Virus record (IMG/VR): IMGVR_UViG_3300025389_000012
Source: an uncultured virus (IMG/VR IMGVR_UViG_3300025389_000012)
Taxonomy: Duplodnaviria; Heunggongvirae; Uroviricota; Caudoviricetes
Length of the DNA: 64,000 nt
Reading direction: 5' to 3' (one strand)
The notes beneath the pieces were generated by a model. That model saw only the letters and a list, made by a program, of their open reading frames with translations, was not told the DNA's origin and ran no database searches. Each line of letters starts with the position of its first letter. Position 1 is the first letter of the stretch. A program made the position numbers and the translations under genes. This document shows, piece after piece, positions 35,960 to 45,969 of this stretch.

Positions 35960-36939
35960 ACGTCACCTTTTTTCAACCTAATTTGTTCACTAATCCATTC
36001 ATAAGTTTTGATTAAGCCAGTTTCTAAATCTTCTTTAGGTTGCCAGCCAATAGTTTCTTTTATTAGTCTGTTGTCACTATTACGACCCATAACGCCCATT
36101 GGACCAGGGATATTATGTATAGTTACTGATTTGTTGTTTAGTTTAGCAATCAACAATACTAAGTCGTTGATACTAATCATACGTGTGCTACCTAAGTTAA
36201 GAGGTTCGCTATAGTTGCTTTCCATGATACGTTGAATACCTTCGATGCATTCATCAATATACAAAAAACTACGTGTTTGATTACCGGGTCCCCATACTGA
36301 TACGGTGCCATCACTCATTGCAACTTTACGACATAATGCCGCAGGTGCTTTTTCTTTACCATTGTTCCAACTACCTCTGGGCCCAAAGATATTGTGAAAA
36401 CGTGCGATACGACATTCAATGCCATGATTTCTAGCATAGGTCATGTACAAGCGTTCGCTGAATAGTTTTTCCCAACCATACTCACTATCAGGTTCAGCGG
36501 GGTATGCGCTGTCTTCACTTGTTGTTGGATTGTCGGGATCAACCTGATTGTATGCAGGATATGCACATGCACTAGAACTATAGAATACTTTTTTAATGCC
36601 CTTATTTTTCATTACATCTAATACATTTAAATTGATTGTAACAGAGTTGTGCATAATGTCAGCATCATTTTCGCCAATAAAAATATATCCGGCTCCGCCC
36701 ATATCCGCGGCTAGTTGATATACTTCATCAATGCCATCGGTGATAATTTTATTAACGTTATCCCAGACTCTTAAATCTACAGTATGAAATTCATCTGCAA
36801 CTGTTTCTGAATATAATGGCTTTTTAAGGTCGGCTCCAACTACGTAATGACCTTGTTCTTTTAATTTTTCAACTAGGTATGTACCAATGAAACCACCGGC
36901 TCCGCATACTAAAATTTTCTTTACGTTTAATGTTTTCAT
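35956..36939 (-). CDS. GDP-mannose 3,5-epimerase-like extended SDR
   Basis: GAGGFIG, LAADMGGAGYI, SSSACAYP, YGWEK, RFHNIFGP, EKAPAALCRK. Confidence 0.9.
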   Translation of the reverse strand: MKTLNVKKILVCGAGGFIGTYLVEKLKEQGHYVVGADLKKPLYSETVADEFHTVDLRVWDNVNKIITDGIDEVYQLAADMGGAGYIFIGENDADIMHNSVTINLNVLDVMKNKGIKKVFYSSSACAYPAYNQVDPDNPTTSEDSAYPAEPDSEYGWEKLFSERLYMTYARNHGIECRIARFHNIFGPRGSWNNGKEKAPAALCRKVAMSDGTVSVWGPGNQTRSFLYIDECIEGIQRIMESNYSEPLNLGSTRMISINDLVLLIAKLNNKSVTIHNIPGPMGVMGRNSDNRLIKETIGWQPKEDLETGLIKTYEWISEQIRLKKGDV

Positions 36940-38279
36940 ACTGGATTAGGTGTTCCTACAATATTAATAAGTTTACTAACAACCATGTCAGAACTTGGAA
37001 CTTTTAGTTGTTCATAGTTGTGATCTAATATAGGTTTTACTCTACGTTTAAAATCAAGTATCTGATCATTTGACCAATTACCAATCGTTGCTGTTAATTG
37101 TACAAGTTTTCTCATGCGCATATTAGGATCAGCAATTTCATCATATGATTCGTCCCAAAAATCGCTGAATGTTTTAAAGCCCATATCACGCATTGCTTTC
37201 AATGCGCCAGGGACACCAACAACAATAAAAGGATGCTTGTGTTTCATAGGTTTAAATGATTTTTCAGTTAGTGTTAATTCTGGCAAATCAAAGTTTGTTT
37301 CTGTTACAATACTTACTAAACTAGTTTTATAGTAATCACCTGTAGCATTGACTTCATCCGTACACATTTTATTAACATCAGTTTCGTTATCTAAAACTAA
37401 TGGCAATTTATTTTTAAATCTGTCAGTTACATCAGGTGTAATTTCTAAGTAATTGTTATTAGTAAGATATGTGTCTATCCATCCTTCAAGTGTAGTTGTT
37501 GGATGTTCCAAATCAAATTTACTGAAACTGATATGACTTCTATCTACTAAATTATTCTTTTCCAAACCTAATGCAAGTTCAATACGATGTCTTCTATATC
37601 TACGATTCCACATTAAAAATACCTTTGGTGGAACAGTTTCAGTATCGTATTCTGGTACGCCATTTAATTCAATTAAATCAGGACGTGTAAGTTGTACTGC
37701 AAAAATATTATGTGATGATGGATATGAAATGATTGTTAATCGTTCTTCAGGTCTATCAGGGATATTGTGCTGTCTGCAATAGTCTTCATACATTTCTTTT
37801 GAATTCATGCAGCCAGTTAGGTATATGATTTTGTTAAGTGGCAATCCATGAATACCTCTAAAGTATCCATGTAACGAATTCAAATGCCCAGAATTCATAA
37901 ACGCTTCCACACTATGATCAATTAATATGTAACCTCGATTCATCCTAATCAATCTTATTAGATGCCATGGAATATGAGAGAACTCTAAGATTCCCGTTTT
38001 GCCACAGAAATAATTTTCAAATCCAATACGCCATGTTAATGAGTAAGGAAAAATAAAAGGTTCATCAGAATCAATGTCTACACTAATTGCAGGATACATT
38101 TCAAATATATCTTTGCGTTTACTAAACAATCTGTTCCACAAATCATCAGCCCAAAAGTTATGTGAGGTTGTTGTGCTACCTTCGGCTACGCTTGCGAAAC
38201 TTAATACATTAGGAATTTCAGTATTCCATATGGGGCCTCTAGGGCCGATCCAACTATAACAAATCTTTATTTTTTGCAT
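36936..38279 (-). CDS. putative glycosyltransferase-like protein (T/S-EK-T family, paralog 4)
   Basis: WNRRYRRHR, TEKSFKPM..KHPFI, GFKTFSDFWDESYD. Confidence 0.55.
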   Translation of the reverse strand: MQKIKICYSWIGPRGPIWNTEIPNVLSFASVAEGSTTTSHNFWADDLWNRLFSKRKDIFEMYPAISVDIDSDEPFIFPYSLTWRIGFENYFCGKTGILEFSHIPWHLIRLIRMNRGYILIDHSVEAFMNSGHLNSLHGYFRGIHGLPLNKIIYLTGCMNSKEMYEDYCRQHNIPDRPEERLTIISYPSSHNIFAVQLTRPDLIELNGVPEYDTETVPPKVFLMWNRRYRRHRIELALGLEKNNLVDRSHISFSKFDLEHPTTTLEGWIDTYLTNNNYLEITPDVTDRFKNKLPLVLDNETDVNKMCTDEVNATGDYYKTSLVSIVTETNFDLPELTLTEKSFKPMKHKHPFIVVGVPGALKAMRDMGFKTFSDFWDESYDEIADPNMRMRKLVQLTATIGNWSNDQILDFKRRVKPILDHNYEQLKVPSSDMVVSKLINIVGTPNPV

Positions 38280-38283
38280 GTTT

Positions 38284-39255
38284 TTATTTATCGACTATAA
38301 ATTTAGGAATGATAATATCTGTACCACACATGCACATCTCTTTGTTACATGTGATTTGCTTTGGACCCACTCTAGTGATATCTTCTAGTATGTGACCTAT
38401 CTTTTCAGTTTGTCCACAACTTGCTAGACTAACATCACCAACCGGATTAATGAAAATACAGTCGCCCACATTGCACTGCCAACCACTAAAGAAGTTTTGC
38501 CCATTTACAATAATGTCGTTAGCATTACATACTTGTGTTGAATCATCGTCATAACGATTGTAACTTACTGCAAACTCAGTACTTTTGGCAGGTTTGTCTT
38601 TGGTTTGTTGCATTTCAATGTTATGTGTTTTAAAGAATTCTGTTTTAGCAGGGTCTTTGTAATTCCATGGACCAGTAACATGACTTAGTTCGTCATACAA
38701 CGGAGTCCATTCAATAAAGTAATTTGGCATTACAGATTTAAGATATTCTGCAAACTCAACGATTTCCCAAAATCTTTCTTCGTGCATTAGCATCTTACTA
38801 GAAAGATAATTCACACGTTCACATAGGTAAATGCTGTTTTCTTCATAGCGTTTTTTATCGCTAAACTCTACGTGGAAACTAGCAACGATGTCATCAAACA
38901 AATGATGATGTTTTTCCCACCATGCTAGTGGGCGACTTAAATTAGTGTTAACTGCAATAGTGCTGTCAGGTAGTTCTTGACGAATCCATTCACAGATAGG
39001 AATAAAGTTGCGCCATGCAGTAGGTTCACCGCCGCTAAAAAAGAACTTAAAATTCTTATACCCTGAACGTTTATAACGCTGTGCGATTACGTGCAAGTTT
39101 TTAAGATAGATATCTAAGTTACCGTTGTTTGGGTTTTCTCCACCCCAGTTGCCAGGGTTGCAGTAACTACAACGAAAGTTACAAAAATTGTTAACTTGCC
39201 ATGTTACTGCAACATAAGGCTGCGGTGCTTCGATTGCTATTAACTTGCGGCCCAC
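38284..39255 (-). CDS. radical SAM enzyme with C-terminal twitch-like Cys cluster
   Basis: CNFRCSYC, SGGEP, C-terminal C...C...CxxxxCxC. Confidence 0.9.
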   Translation of the reverse strand: MGRKLIAIEAPQPYVAVTWQVNNFCNFRCSYCNPGNWGGENPNNGNLDIYLKNLHVIAQRYKRSGYKNFKFFFSGGEPTAWRNFIPICEWIRQELPDSTIAVNTNLSRPLAWWEKHHHLFDDIVASFHVEFSDKKRYEENSIYLCERVNYLSSKMLMHEERFWEIVEFAEYLKSVMPNYFIEWTPLYDELSHVTGPWNYKDPAKTEFFKTHNIEMQQTKDKPAKSTEFAVSYNRYDDDSTQVCNANDIIVNGQNFFSGWQCNVGDCIFINPVGDVSLASCGQTEKIGHILEDITRVGPKQITCNKEMCMCGTDIIIPKFIVDK

Positions 39256-40511
39256 TCATAAACCTCTTTTAATTCTGGTACTATGTTTTCAAGTTTTTCA
39301 TCACGGAATCCGTCAAGTTCATCATTAAACTGCTTGAACTCTAAGATACCACCTTTGTTTTCATCACCCACGTTTAAGTTATAGATAATCATTTTGAATC
39401 CATTATAGATATCAATGTTATCTTTATACTTTTCTTGGTATACTCTATACAATTCTGTTAGTCTACGCTTAACGTGTTTAGGTAGAATCATAATGTTTGC
39501 ATACCATGGGTTAGTTGCAAGATTAAATCGTGGACTACTGCTAGTATCGATAAATCCTTTTTCAATCATGTAGTCAAAGAAGTCTGGGAAGTCAAACACA
39601 TTCCAAATACTAATTGTAGGAGTGATTTGAAACTTAACATGCGGGACTTTTTCTTTAATCTCACGAATGTTTGCTTCAATCTTAGACCAATCAGTACCCT
39701 TGCGAATACATTCAGCAAGGTCGCCATGTGCATCTAATGAAGCCCATACTTGTAAGTTGGGGAACTTACTCCAGTATTCAATCAAGTCTACATTTTTCTT
39801 GTACTTCAATGAAGAGAAGTTTGTTGTATAGTTTAATTCAACTTGATCTGTTAATCCATTTTCAATCCAATAGTCTAAACATTCGTAATGCTCAGGTGTA
39901 ATAATGATTTCGCCACCAGCAAAATATACTTCAGTCACATCAGCAAGATATGGCTTTAGTTTAAGCATAAGTGTTTGGTCTTCGTTGTTGTTAACAACAA
40001 TTTTTTGATTAGGGAAGTACTCTTTGAATACTTCTTCGCCACGTTGATCCATGAACTCTTGTGCCCATTGACTTGAACATGCAGGGCCACAACTACGACA
40101 TTTCATATTACATAGATTACTGAAACGAATATCCATGTATTTCATTTCAAACTCTTTTAATGAGCCATCATCATTTGTAACGTCACCGATGTAGTCAACA
40201 TAATCTAGACCTCTGCGCTTGTTATGACTTTGGCGCATAGTCCATGTGCCCATTAATTCTAAGTCATAACAACGTTTGCAAGCCTCAACAGGCTCGTCAT
40301 TCATCATTGCTGTGCGAATCTTTTTGTAGTCTTCGCTGTTCATCATTTCAATGATAGACTGATCACTTTCAATCTTTGCCACAGGCATGTTGCTATCTGC
40401 AACACAGCAAGGCATTACACGGCTATCAGGCCATGCATGAAAGTGTACCCAAGGTAACACACAAAAGTGTTTACCGTTTTCTACTAGATTTTTGACTACT
40501 GCCTTGTCCAT
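39240..40511 (-). CDS. radical SAM enzyme with N-terminal SPASM/twitch-like cluster
   Basis: CVLPWVH...PCC...CKRC; CNMKCRSC; AGGE. Confidence 0.9.
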   Translation of the reverse strand: MDKAVVKNLVENGKHFCVLPWVHFHAWPDSRVMPCCVADSNMPVAKIESDQSIIEMMNSEDYKKIRTAMMNDEPVEACKRCYDLELMGTWTMRQSHNKRRGLDYVDYIGDVTNDDGSLKEFEMKYMDIRFSNLCNMKCRSCGPACSSQWAQEFMDQRGEEVFKEYFPNQKIVVNNNEDQTLMLKLKPYLADVTEVYFAGGEIIITPEHYECLDYWIENGLTDQVELNYTTNFSSLKYKKNVDLIEYWSKFPNLQVWASLDAHGDLAECIRKGTDWSKIEANIREIKEKVPHVKFQITPTISIWNVFDFPDFFDYMIEKGFIDTSSSPRFNLATNPWYANIMILPKHVKRRLTELYRVYQEKYKDNIDIYNGFKMIIYNLNVGDENKGGILEFKQFNDELDGFRDEKLENIVPELKEVYEWAAS

Positions 40512-40512
40512 C

Positions 40513-40770
40513 TTATGCCTTGAAAAGTTTTAGTGATGAAAATGTCATTGGTACTTTGATTAAATCACGTACTGTGATTTCAATTTCGTTAGTATCTGTA
40601 TCAATCATAACCTTTGCATCGGCTTCTTTGCCAAATGTTTCTAATACATCTGCCATGATTTGATCACAAATTTCTTCAGTAAAAGGTGTTTTATCGACAT
40701 ACTTTGCCATGATGTCTTTTACCATACCTTGTAATCTTACGTCTTTATTTCCTGCTTCAAAAGTTGCCAT
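40513..40770 (-). CDS. small acidic hypothetical protein
   Basis: 85 aa, GAGGA SD, tightly packed between radical SAM genes. Confidence 0.75.
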   Translation of the reverse strand: MATFEAGNKDVRLQGMVKDIMAKYVDKTPFTEEICDQIMADVLETFGKEADAKVMIDTDTNEIEITVRDLIKVPMTFSSLKLFKA

Positions 40771-40772
40771 GT

Positions 40773-42008
40773 TTATTCCTCTAAGTCTTGTAACTTATTT
40801 AATTCGGGGAAAACTTCCCAGAAGTTTTCTTCTCTGATCCTGTCAATACTTCGGGTATGCATTATAAATTGATCCTTAACTTCGTGCCATTGATCACGGT
40901 CGCTAGCAAAATTAACTGCGTCTGTTACCAATCTTGACAATGAAGTATTATCATCTTTATTTGCCTCTGCCCAGGCTAATGCTTTGGCACTTGCCTCTAC
41001 TTTTAATTCTTTGGGTAAACTCTTAGCACAATAGTAACTAGGATGAACTGCTAGGTAAAGACTATGATACCAATCTTCACGCCTTACAATGTTCTTACTC
41101 TTTAAATAACTATAAAATTCACCAATAGTGCTATAGTTGAAAATACTAAACACAGTATTCATTTGGAAACTAATGTAATCTAAATCACGGAAAGTCAATA
41201 GATTGTTTTCTACTTTACCCCAATCAGTTCCCTTGCGTAACCATTCTGCTCGTTCACCATAATGATCTACACTACAACTCAATTCGATCTTTTTAAAGTA
41301 TTTCCATAAGTCTAGGATATCATGTTTCTTATACTTGATATTACTTGCATTGGTATTGTAACGTAGTGTAATGTCAGTTTTACCCAAACGAATCATTTCT
41401 TCCAACATTACATAATGTTCATCAGTAATCAATGGTTCACCACCTGCAAAATAAGCGAGGTCGATATATTCAATATGTGACAATACTTCTTGTAGTACTG
41501 TCCCCTTACCATCGTCAGCATGAATAACAATTGGGTGTTTGTCATCAAAGTGCTTTTGCATTTCTGCACCCCATTGACTACTGAATTCGCTACCACATGT
41601 TCTGCACTTGAAGTTACAGATATTGCTAAAACGAATATCAAAGTAACGCATTTTGAATTCTTCTACTGTTCCATCAGCCTGTGTAGTTGGAACGATTTCA
41701 TCAAAGCGTTTGCTAAATTGTTCTTTACTGTAGTTTCTAAAACTATGTGGGCCTGCTTCTTCGTGTTTATAACAAAATGTGCAAATATCGTTTTTCTTTT
41801 CGTTTAGCATATCTAAACGTAACTGTTTCATTTGGTCACTGTTAAATGCTTCTTTAAGAGAAGTCTTTTTAGTGTTTCCAAATGGCTTAGTGTAATCATT
41901 ACTACAGCAAGGATAAATATCACCTTTAGGTGTTACATTAAGATGAACCCAGGGGAACATGCAAAACGTTTTGCTTTCATTCAATAAAAATTCTTTGTCT
42001 AGGTTCAT
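40773..42008 (-). CDS. radical SAM enzyme with N-terminal SPASM/twitch-like cluster
   Basis: CMFPWVH...PCC...CTFC; CNFKCRTC; AGGEP. Confidence 0.9.
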   Translation of the reverse strand: MNLDKEFLLNESKTFCMFPWVHLNVTPKGDIYPCCSNDYTKPFGNTKKTSLKEAFNSDQMKQLRLDMLNEKKNDICTFCYKHEEAGPHSFRNYSKEQFSKRFDEIVPTTQADGTVEEFKMRYFDIRFSNICNFKCRTCGSEFSSQWGAEMQKHFDDKHPIVIHADDGKGTVLQEVLSHIEYIDLAYFAGGEPLITDEHYVMLEEMIRLGKTDITLRYNTNASNIKYKKHDILDLWKYFKKIELSCSVDHYGERAEWLRKGTDWGKVENNLLTFRDLDYISFQMNTVFSIFNYSTIGEFYSYLKSKNIVRREDWYHSLYLAVHPSYYCAKSLPKELKVEASAKALAWAEANKDDNTSLSRLVTDAVNFASDRDQWHEVKDQFIMHTRSIDRIREENFWEVFPELNKLQDLEE

Positions 42009-43306
42009 ACTGGTGCCATTCTTGCTCTTACTCGTTGTTCTGGTATATAAAGATTTGCAATCTCAGGGAATGTTTCCATAAATGATTCACCCCTTAGTAT
42101 ATCAAGTCTTTTTACTTCTTCTCTAAATTTAACTTTTTGCTCATCCCAATTATCTTTGTGATTTACCCAACCAGGAGCAACTTCTAGTTGTTGTAGATGT
42201 TTGTCAATAAATCTATTGGTTTTCATGTATGCAATTGCTCGGTTGATACTTTCTTCACCCTTTGCTTTATACTCAGGTGGCAAGATATGACATGTTAAAT
42301 GATCAGGAGTTGTCATATTGTACAATGTGAATACTGCATCTTTGTTAGTATACATATTCTTGTCAATCAAGTATTGATAAAACTCATCAATAGTCAAATA
42401 ATTAAACACACTCAATACTGTGTTAATTTGAATATTAACATAAGGCGTTTGTTTAGCAAGCATAAAGTTTGTTTCAACTTGTCCCCAATCAGTTCCATGT
42501 CTGATATACTCAGCACGTTCTTTGCAGTGGTCAATACTTGCGTAAATCTGAATTTTCTTACTAAAGTGTTTCCATAGTCCAAGCAAGTCTTTGTCTTTAA
42601 ATTTTAAATTACTTAGGTTAGTATTGTAACGCAATAGTATATCTGTATGGTTACTGCGAATCATTTCTTCTAATAGAATATAATGTTCTTCAGTAATCAA
42701 TGGTTCACCACCTGCAAAGTATGCAACTTCCATATTTGGAATTTGATCTACTACGTCTTGCAAGAACTTTTTGTTATTGTTTTTTGGAATGATCTTTGCG
42801 TAGAATACTCCACTCTTTAAATCTTCTTGTTCCCACTGAGTACTAAATGCTGAACCACATGTGCGACATTTAAAGTTACAGATATTGCTAAAACGAATAT
42901 CAAAGTAACGCATCTTGAATTTCTTTAGTGACCCATCTTCAAGATTGGTATTTTCTAATACGTCATCAAAAGCATTTTTCCACTGCTCATTAGATGTGGT
43001 TCTAAAACTATCAATGCCCTGAGCATCATGGTTATAACACTTACTACATTCAATGTTTTCTTTACCAGTCAACATGTCAAGTCGTAGTTGATTCATCTTT
43101 TCGCTGTTAACTAATTCCATTAGTCCTTGCGTCTTAGAATCACCAACACCGTCAGGAGTTGCGCACGATTCTGCAATACAGCAAGGCGCGGCTACACCGG
43201 TGGGTGTAGTGTGCAAATGAACCCAAGGTATCATACAAAAAGTCTTGCTCTTACCAAGCAATAACTTTTTTACGAAAGAGGATTCGTTAGGCTGGTTTCC
43301 TGGCAT
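42005..43306 (-). CDS. radical SAM enzyme with N-terminal SPASM/twitch-like cluster
   Basis: CMIPWVH...PCC...CSKC; CNFKCRTC; AGGEP. Confidence 0.9.
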   Translation of the reverse strand: MPGNQPNESSFVKKLLLGKSKTFCMIPWVHLHTTPTGVAAPCCIAESCATPDGVGDSKTQGLMELVNSEKMNQLRLDMLTGKENIECSKCYNHDAQGIDSFRTTSNEQWKNAFDDVLENTNLEDGSLKKFKMRYFDIRFSNICNFKCRTCGSAFSTQWEQEDLKSGVFYAKIIPKNNNKKFLQDVVDQIPNMEVAYFAGGEPLITEEHYILLEEMIRSNHTDILLRYNTNLSNLKFKDKDLLGLWKHFSKKIQIYASIDHCKERAEYIRHGTDWGQVETNFMLAKQTPYVNIQINTVLSVFNYLTIDEFYQYLIDKNMYTNKDAVFTLYNMTTPDHLTCHILPPEYKAKGEESINRAIAYMKTNRFIDKHLQQLEVAPGWVNHKDNWDEQKVKFREEVKRLDILRGESFMETFPEIANLYIPEQRVRARMAPV

Positions 43307-44673
43307 AATCTATAAAACTCCAACATTTCTGGGTACACGGTTAATAAGTCATTTTCTCTGCGATCATCTAACTCATTGAACCAGTTGTAAAAGTCTCTAC
43401 GACCTTCAATCAATTTCTTTTCTTCATAATTAGTTTCAGCCATGTAGTCAACTACACGCTTAAACTTTTCATATTCTATTGTTGTAAACTTGTTACTAGC
43501 AGTATCGTCTACATTGTCCTTCATAAACTGTAATGATTCATACATATAGGGCATAAACTCTTCTTTGGGAAGAATGTTCATGTCATATTGAATAGGGTCA
43601 CGAAGGTATGGAGTATCAAAACGAATTCTATGTTTGTCGTGTGACTTTTCTTCAAACCAACCATATTGCTCACGCCATTCTAAAAACTTCTCAAGCAATG
43701 ACTTAAATGAAGTCACACTAAAGATATTGAATGTAATCATGAATGTAATTGGGCTGTTACTACGTTGTACATAAGTGTGAAAGTTTTGTTCCCACAATTC
43801 TAAGTCTAACCCAGTGCGAATATACTCAGCACGTTCTCCCCATGTATCCATGCTAGTAAACAATTTAAAACTTTGAATTTTATTTTCGTCTACTAACTTT
43901 TTGACCTTGTCTGCTAAACGTTCTATGAGAACTGGCTTTGTTCCAAGATTGCTGTTAATGTTTAGTTCAAGCCAAGGCATGGGTTCTTCTTCAATCTTAT
44001 CTAACAGTTGCCATGTAGATTTATGAAGTGTGGGTTCGCCACCAGTAACACGCATGATGTTTAATGTCTTGCGCAGTTCAGGCCACCATTTCCAAAACGC
44101 ATCAACATAAGGATTTTCTTCTTCACGTTGATATAGTTTCATCCAGTCAATGTCGCAACGATGATTCTTTACATTAGTAACAGGACCAAACTTTTCAATC
44201 TCTTTATAGAAACTTGTACTATACTTTGGATGACAGTAACCGCATTTGAAATTACACTCGTTACCAAAGTTAATCTCTAAGTATTCTGGATTGATATTTT
44301 GATCCCAAGGACCTTTCGCTGTTTGCTCAAAGCGTTCTTCAGTAAAGATACTGCTGTTGCGAATATGACGGTCGCTGATATAGTCAGGTCCCATTGCTTC
44401 AATGTTCCAGCAATATTGACACCCTTCAGGCTTTTTACCCTCAAGCATCATTTTGCGTTCTAATTTCTTTTCGTGCGTATTGTGCAATGCACTGGGATTG
44501 TCACGCAATTCTTCTAATGGAATCTTGTGCGGTCGTGGATGATAACAACTATGCGTCTCACCACTTTGTAAGTACATTGTAACGTGATGCCACTTTGCCA
44601 AACAGAATGTAGGTGTAGATTCGTTCTGTACACGAATTTTAATCTGTTTAATTCTATCTGTTTCGTTTGACAT
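43270..44673 (-). CDS. radical SAM enzyme with N-terminal SPASM/twitch-like cluster
   Basis: CLAKWHH...SCYH...CQYC; CNFKCGYC; TGGEP. Confidence 0.9.
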   Translation of the reverse strand: MSNETDRIKQIKIRVQNESTPTFCLAKWHHVTMYLQSGETHSCYHPRPHKIPLEELRDNPSALHNTHEKKLERKMMLEGKKPEGCQYCWNIEAMGPDYISDRHIRNSSIFTEERFEQTAKGPWDQNINPEYLEINFGNECNFKCGYCHPKYSTSFYKEIEKFGPVTNVKNHRCDIDWMKLYQREEENPYVDAFWKWWPELRKTLNIMRVTGGEPTLHKSTWQLLDKIEEEPMPWLELNINSNLGTKPVLIERLADKVKKLVDENKIQSFKLFTSMDTWGERAEYIRTGLDLELWEQNFHTYVQRSNSPITFMITFNIFSVTSFKSLLEKFLEWREQYGWFEEKSHDKHRIRFDTPYLRDPIQYDMNILPKEEFMPYMYESLQFMKDNVDDTASNKFTTIEYEKFKRVVDYMAETNYEEKKLIEGRRDFYNWFNELDDRRENDLLTVYPEMLEFYRLCQETSLTNPLS

Positions 44674-45626
44674 TACCAGCCTTCGATCCTACGAATAACA
44701 TCCATTTCAGTTACTAAAGGACCTAAGTTATGTTTATCACTATTATAATGACGTTTGAAAAACTTGCTTTGTTCTGGGCTAAGTGTACAGATAGGTAGAC
44801 CTAACTTGTCACTCAATGCTTCACCAAAAAATTCTGCTGAGTGTTGAGGATCTCTGTCTTTGTATTGGTCCCACATTTCAATATAGTTATCAAACCATTG
44901 AACATTAGTATGATCCCAATCAGATAACATAGTCATGTATGTGCCTAATCTAGCACCATAGATAGCCCAAATACCATTCTCAACATCTGTGCCCACATTG
45001 TGCCAAATTGTAAGGTTGTTTAGATTGCGACTGGCAACTGTTTCTTTGAATTCTTCAATGCTGGGTACAGCACCGCGATTCAAACACATCTTGACACCTT
45101 CACGAAAACCTGCACGCCAAGCCTGAAAGGGAGTGTAATTAGGGTAGGTCGTGCTATAGCAATCGTACATAGCCCAGTATAAGTTGTCTGCGCTATCTAA
45201 ACAAAAGTCAGCAATACGTGAAACATCACCTTCATTTTGATTTTCGTGTGTTTTCATATTAGCAACATAAGTCTTTGTCCAACTGCTCATGCCACCGTTA
45301 CCGTATCGTAGTCCGTTGATAGCATTAACTGCTTTCCAACGAAACTGTGCTTGTTTATAGTTAGGACTCTTATCAGTAAAGTCTAACTGAATGTTGAAGA
45401 ATTCTTCATCAGGCATGTTGTCACCGTCAATAAGAATAAAACGTTCTGTTTCACTTGCCTCACCTGCGGCTTTGTGTGCGGCATCACTACCTTTGACCCC
45501 ATCAACACGCTTTGCCCAAGGAACCATGTTCTTAATCTTTAACCAAAATTCTTCTTTCTGTGGTTCGTCATAACTTAGATAAATGCAATCTAAGTCTGCT
45601 ACATCAACAATATCATCCGAGTTCAT
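44673..45626 (-). CDS. putative GT-A fold glycosyltransferase
   Basis: YLSYDEP, RVDGVKGSDAAHKAA, FILIDGD (DxD), WRAGFREGVK. Confidence 0.7.
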   Translation of the reverse strand: MNSDDIVDVADLDCIYLSYDEPQKEEFWLKIKNMVPWAKRVDGVKGSDAAHKAAGEASETERFILIDGDNMPDEEFFNIQLDFTDKSPNYKQAQFRWKAVNAINGLRYGNGGMSSWTKTYVANMKTHENQNEGDVSRIADFCLDSADNLYWAMYDCYSTTYPNYTPFQAWRAGFREGVKMCLNRGAVPSIEEFKETVASRNLNNLTIWHNVGTDVENGIWAIYGARLGTYMTMLSDWDHTNVQWFDNYIEMWDQYKDRDPQHSAEFFGEALSDKLGLPICTLSPEQSKFFKRHYNSDKHNLGPLVTEMDVIRRIEGW

Positions 45627-45966
45627 AAGTTGCTAATTTCCATTTTTGTTTTTTTACTTTGTCTTTCTTTGTAACGATGATACTAACATCATCAATAGAA
45701 CAAAGTTGACCTTCTTCTTCATCAGGAACTAATTTACTTACTACTGCATTGTTGTTAATTTTTACTAATTTTCCGTTAACAACACGAACATCGGGGCGTC
45801 CTTCTGCATAAGTAAGTGCATCAATTACAATATAATCCCCGTCTAACTTTTCACAAGTATAACAAACAACACTGCCTTTTGCGTCATAGTAAAGTCTGAA
45901 TTCAGGTTTTTCAATTTTGGGTGCTTCCCAAAATAATACGTAATCTTCTTCTTTGGCTTCTGTCAT
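45613..45966 (-). CDS. hypothetical protein
   Basis: 117-aa ORF within the operon. Confidence 0.75.
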   Translation of the reverse strand: MTEAKEEDYVLFWEAPKIEKPEFRLYYDAKGSVVCYTCEKLDGDYIVIDALTYAEGRPDVRVVNGKLVKINNNAVVSKLVPDEEEGQLCSIDDVSIIVTKKDKVKKQKWKLATYELG

Positions 45967-45969
45967 TTA

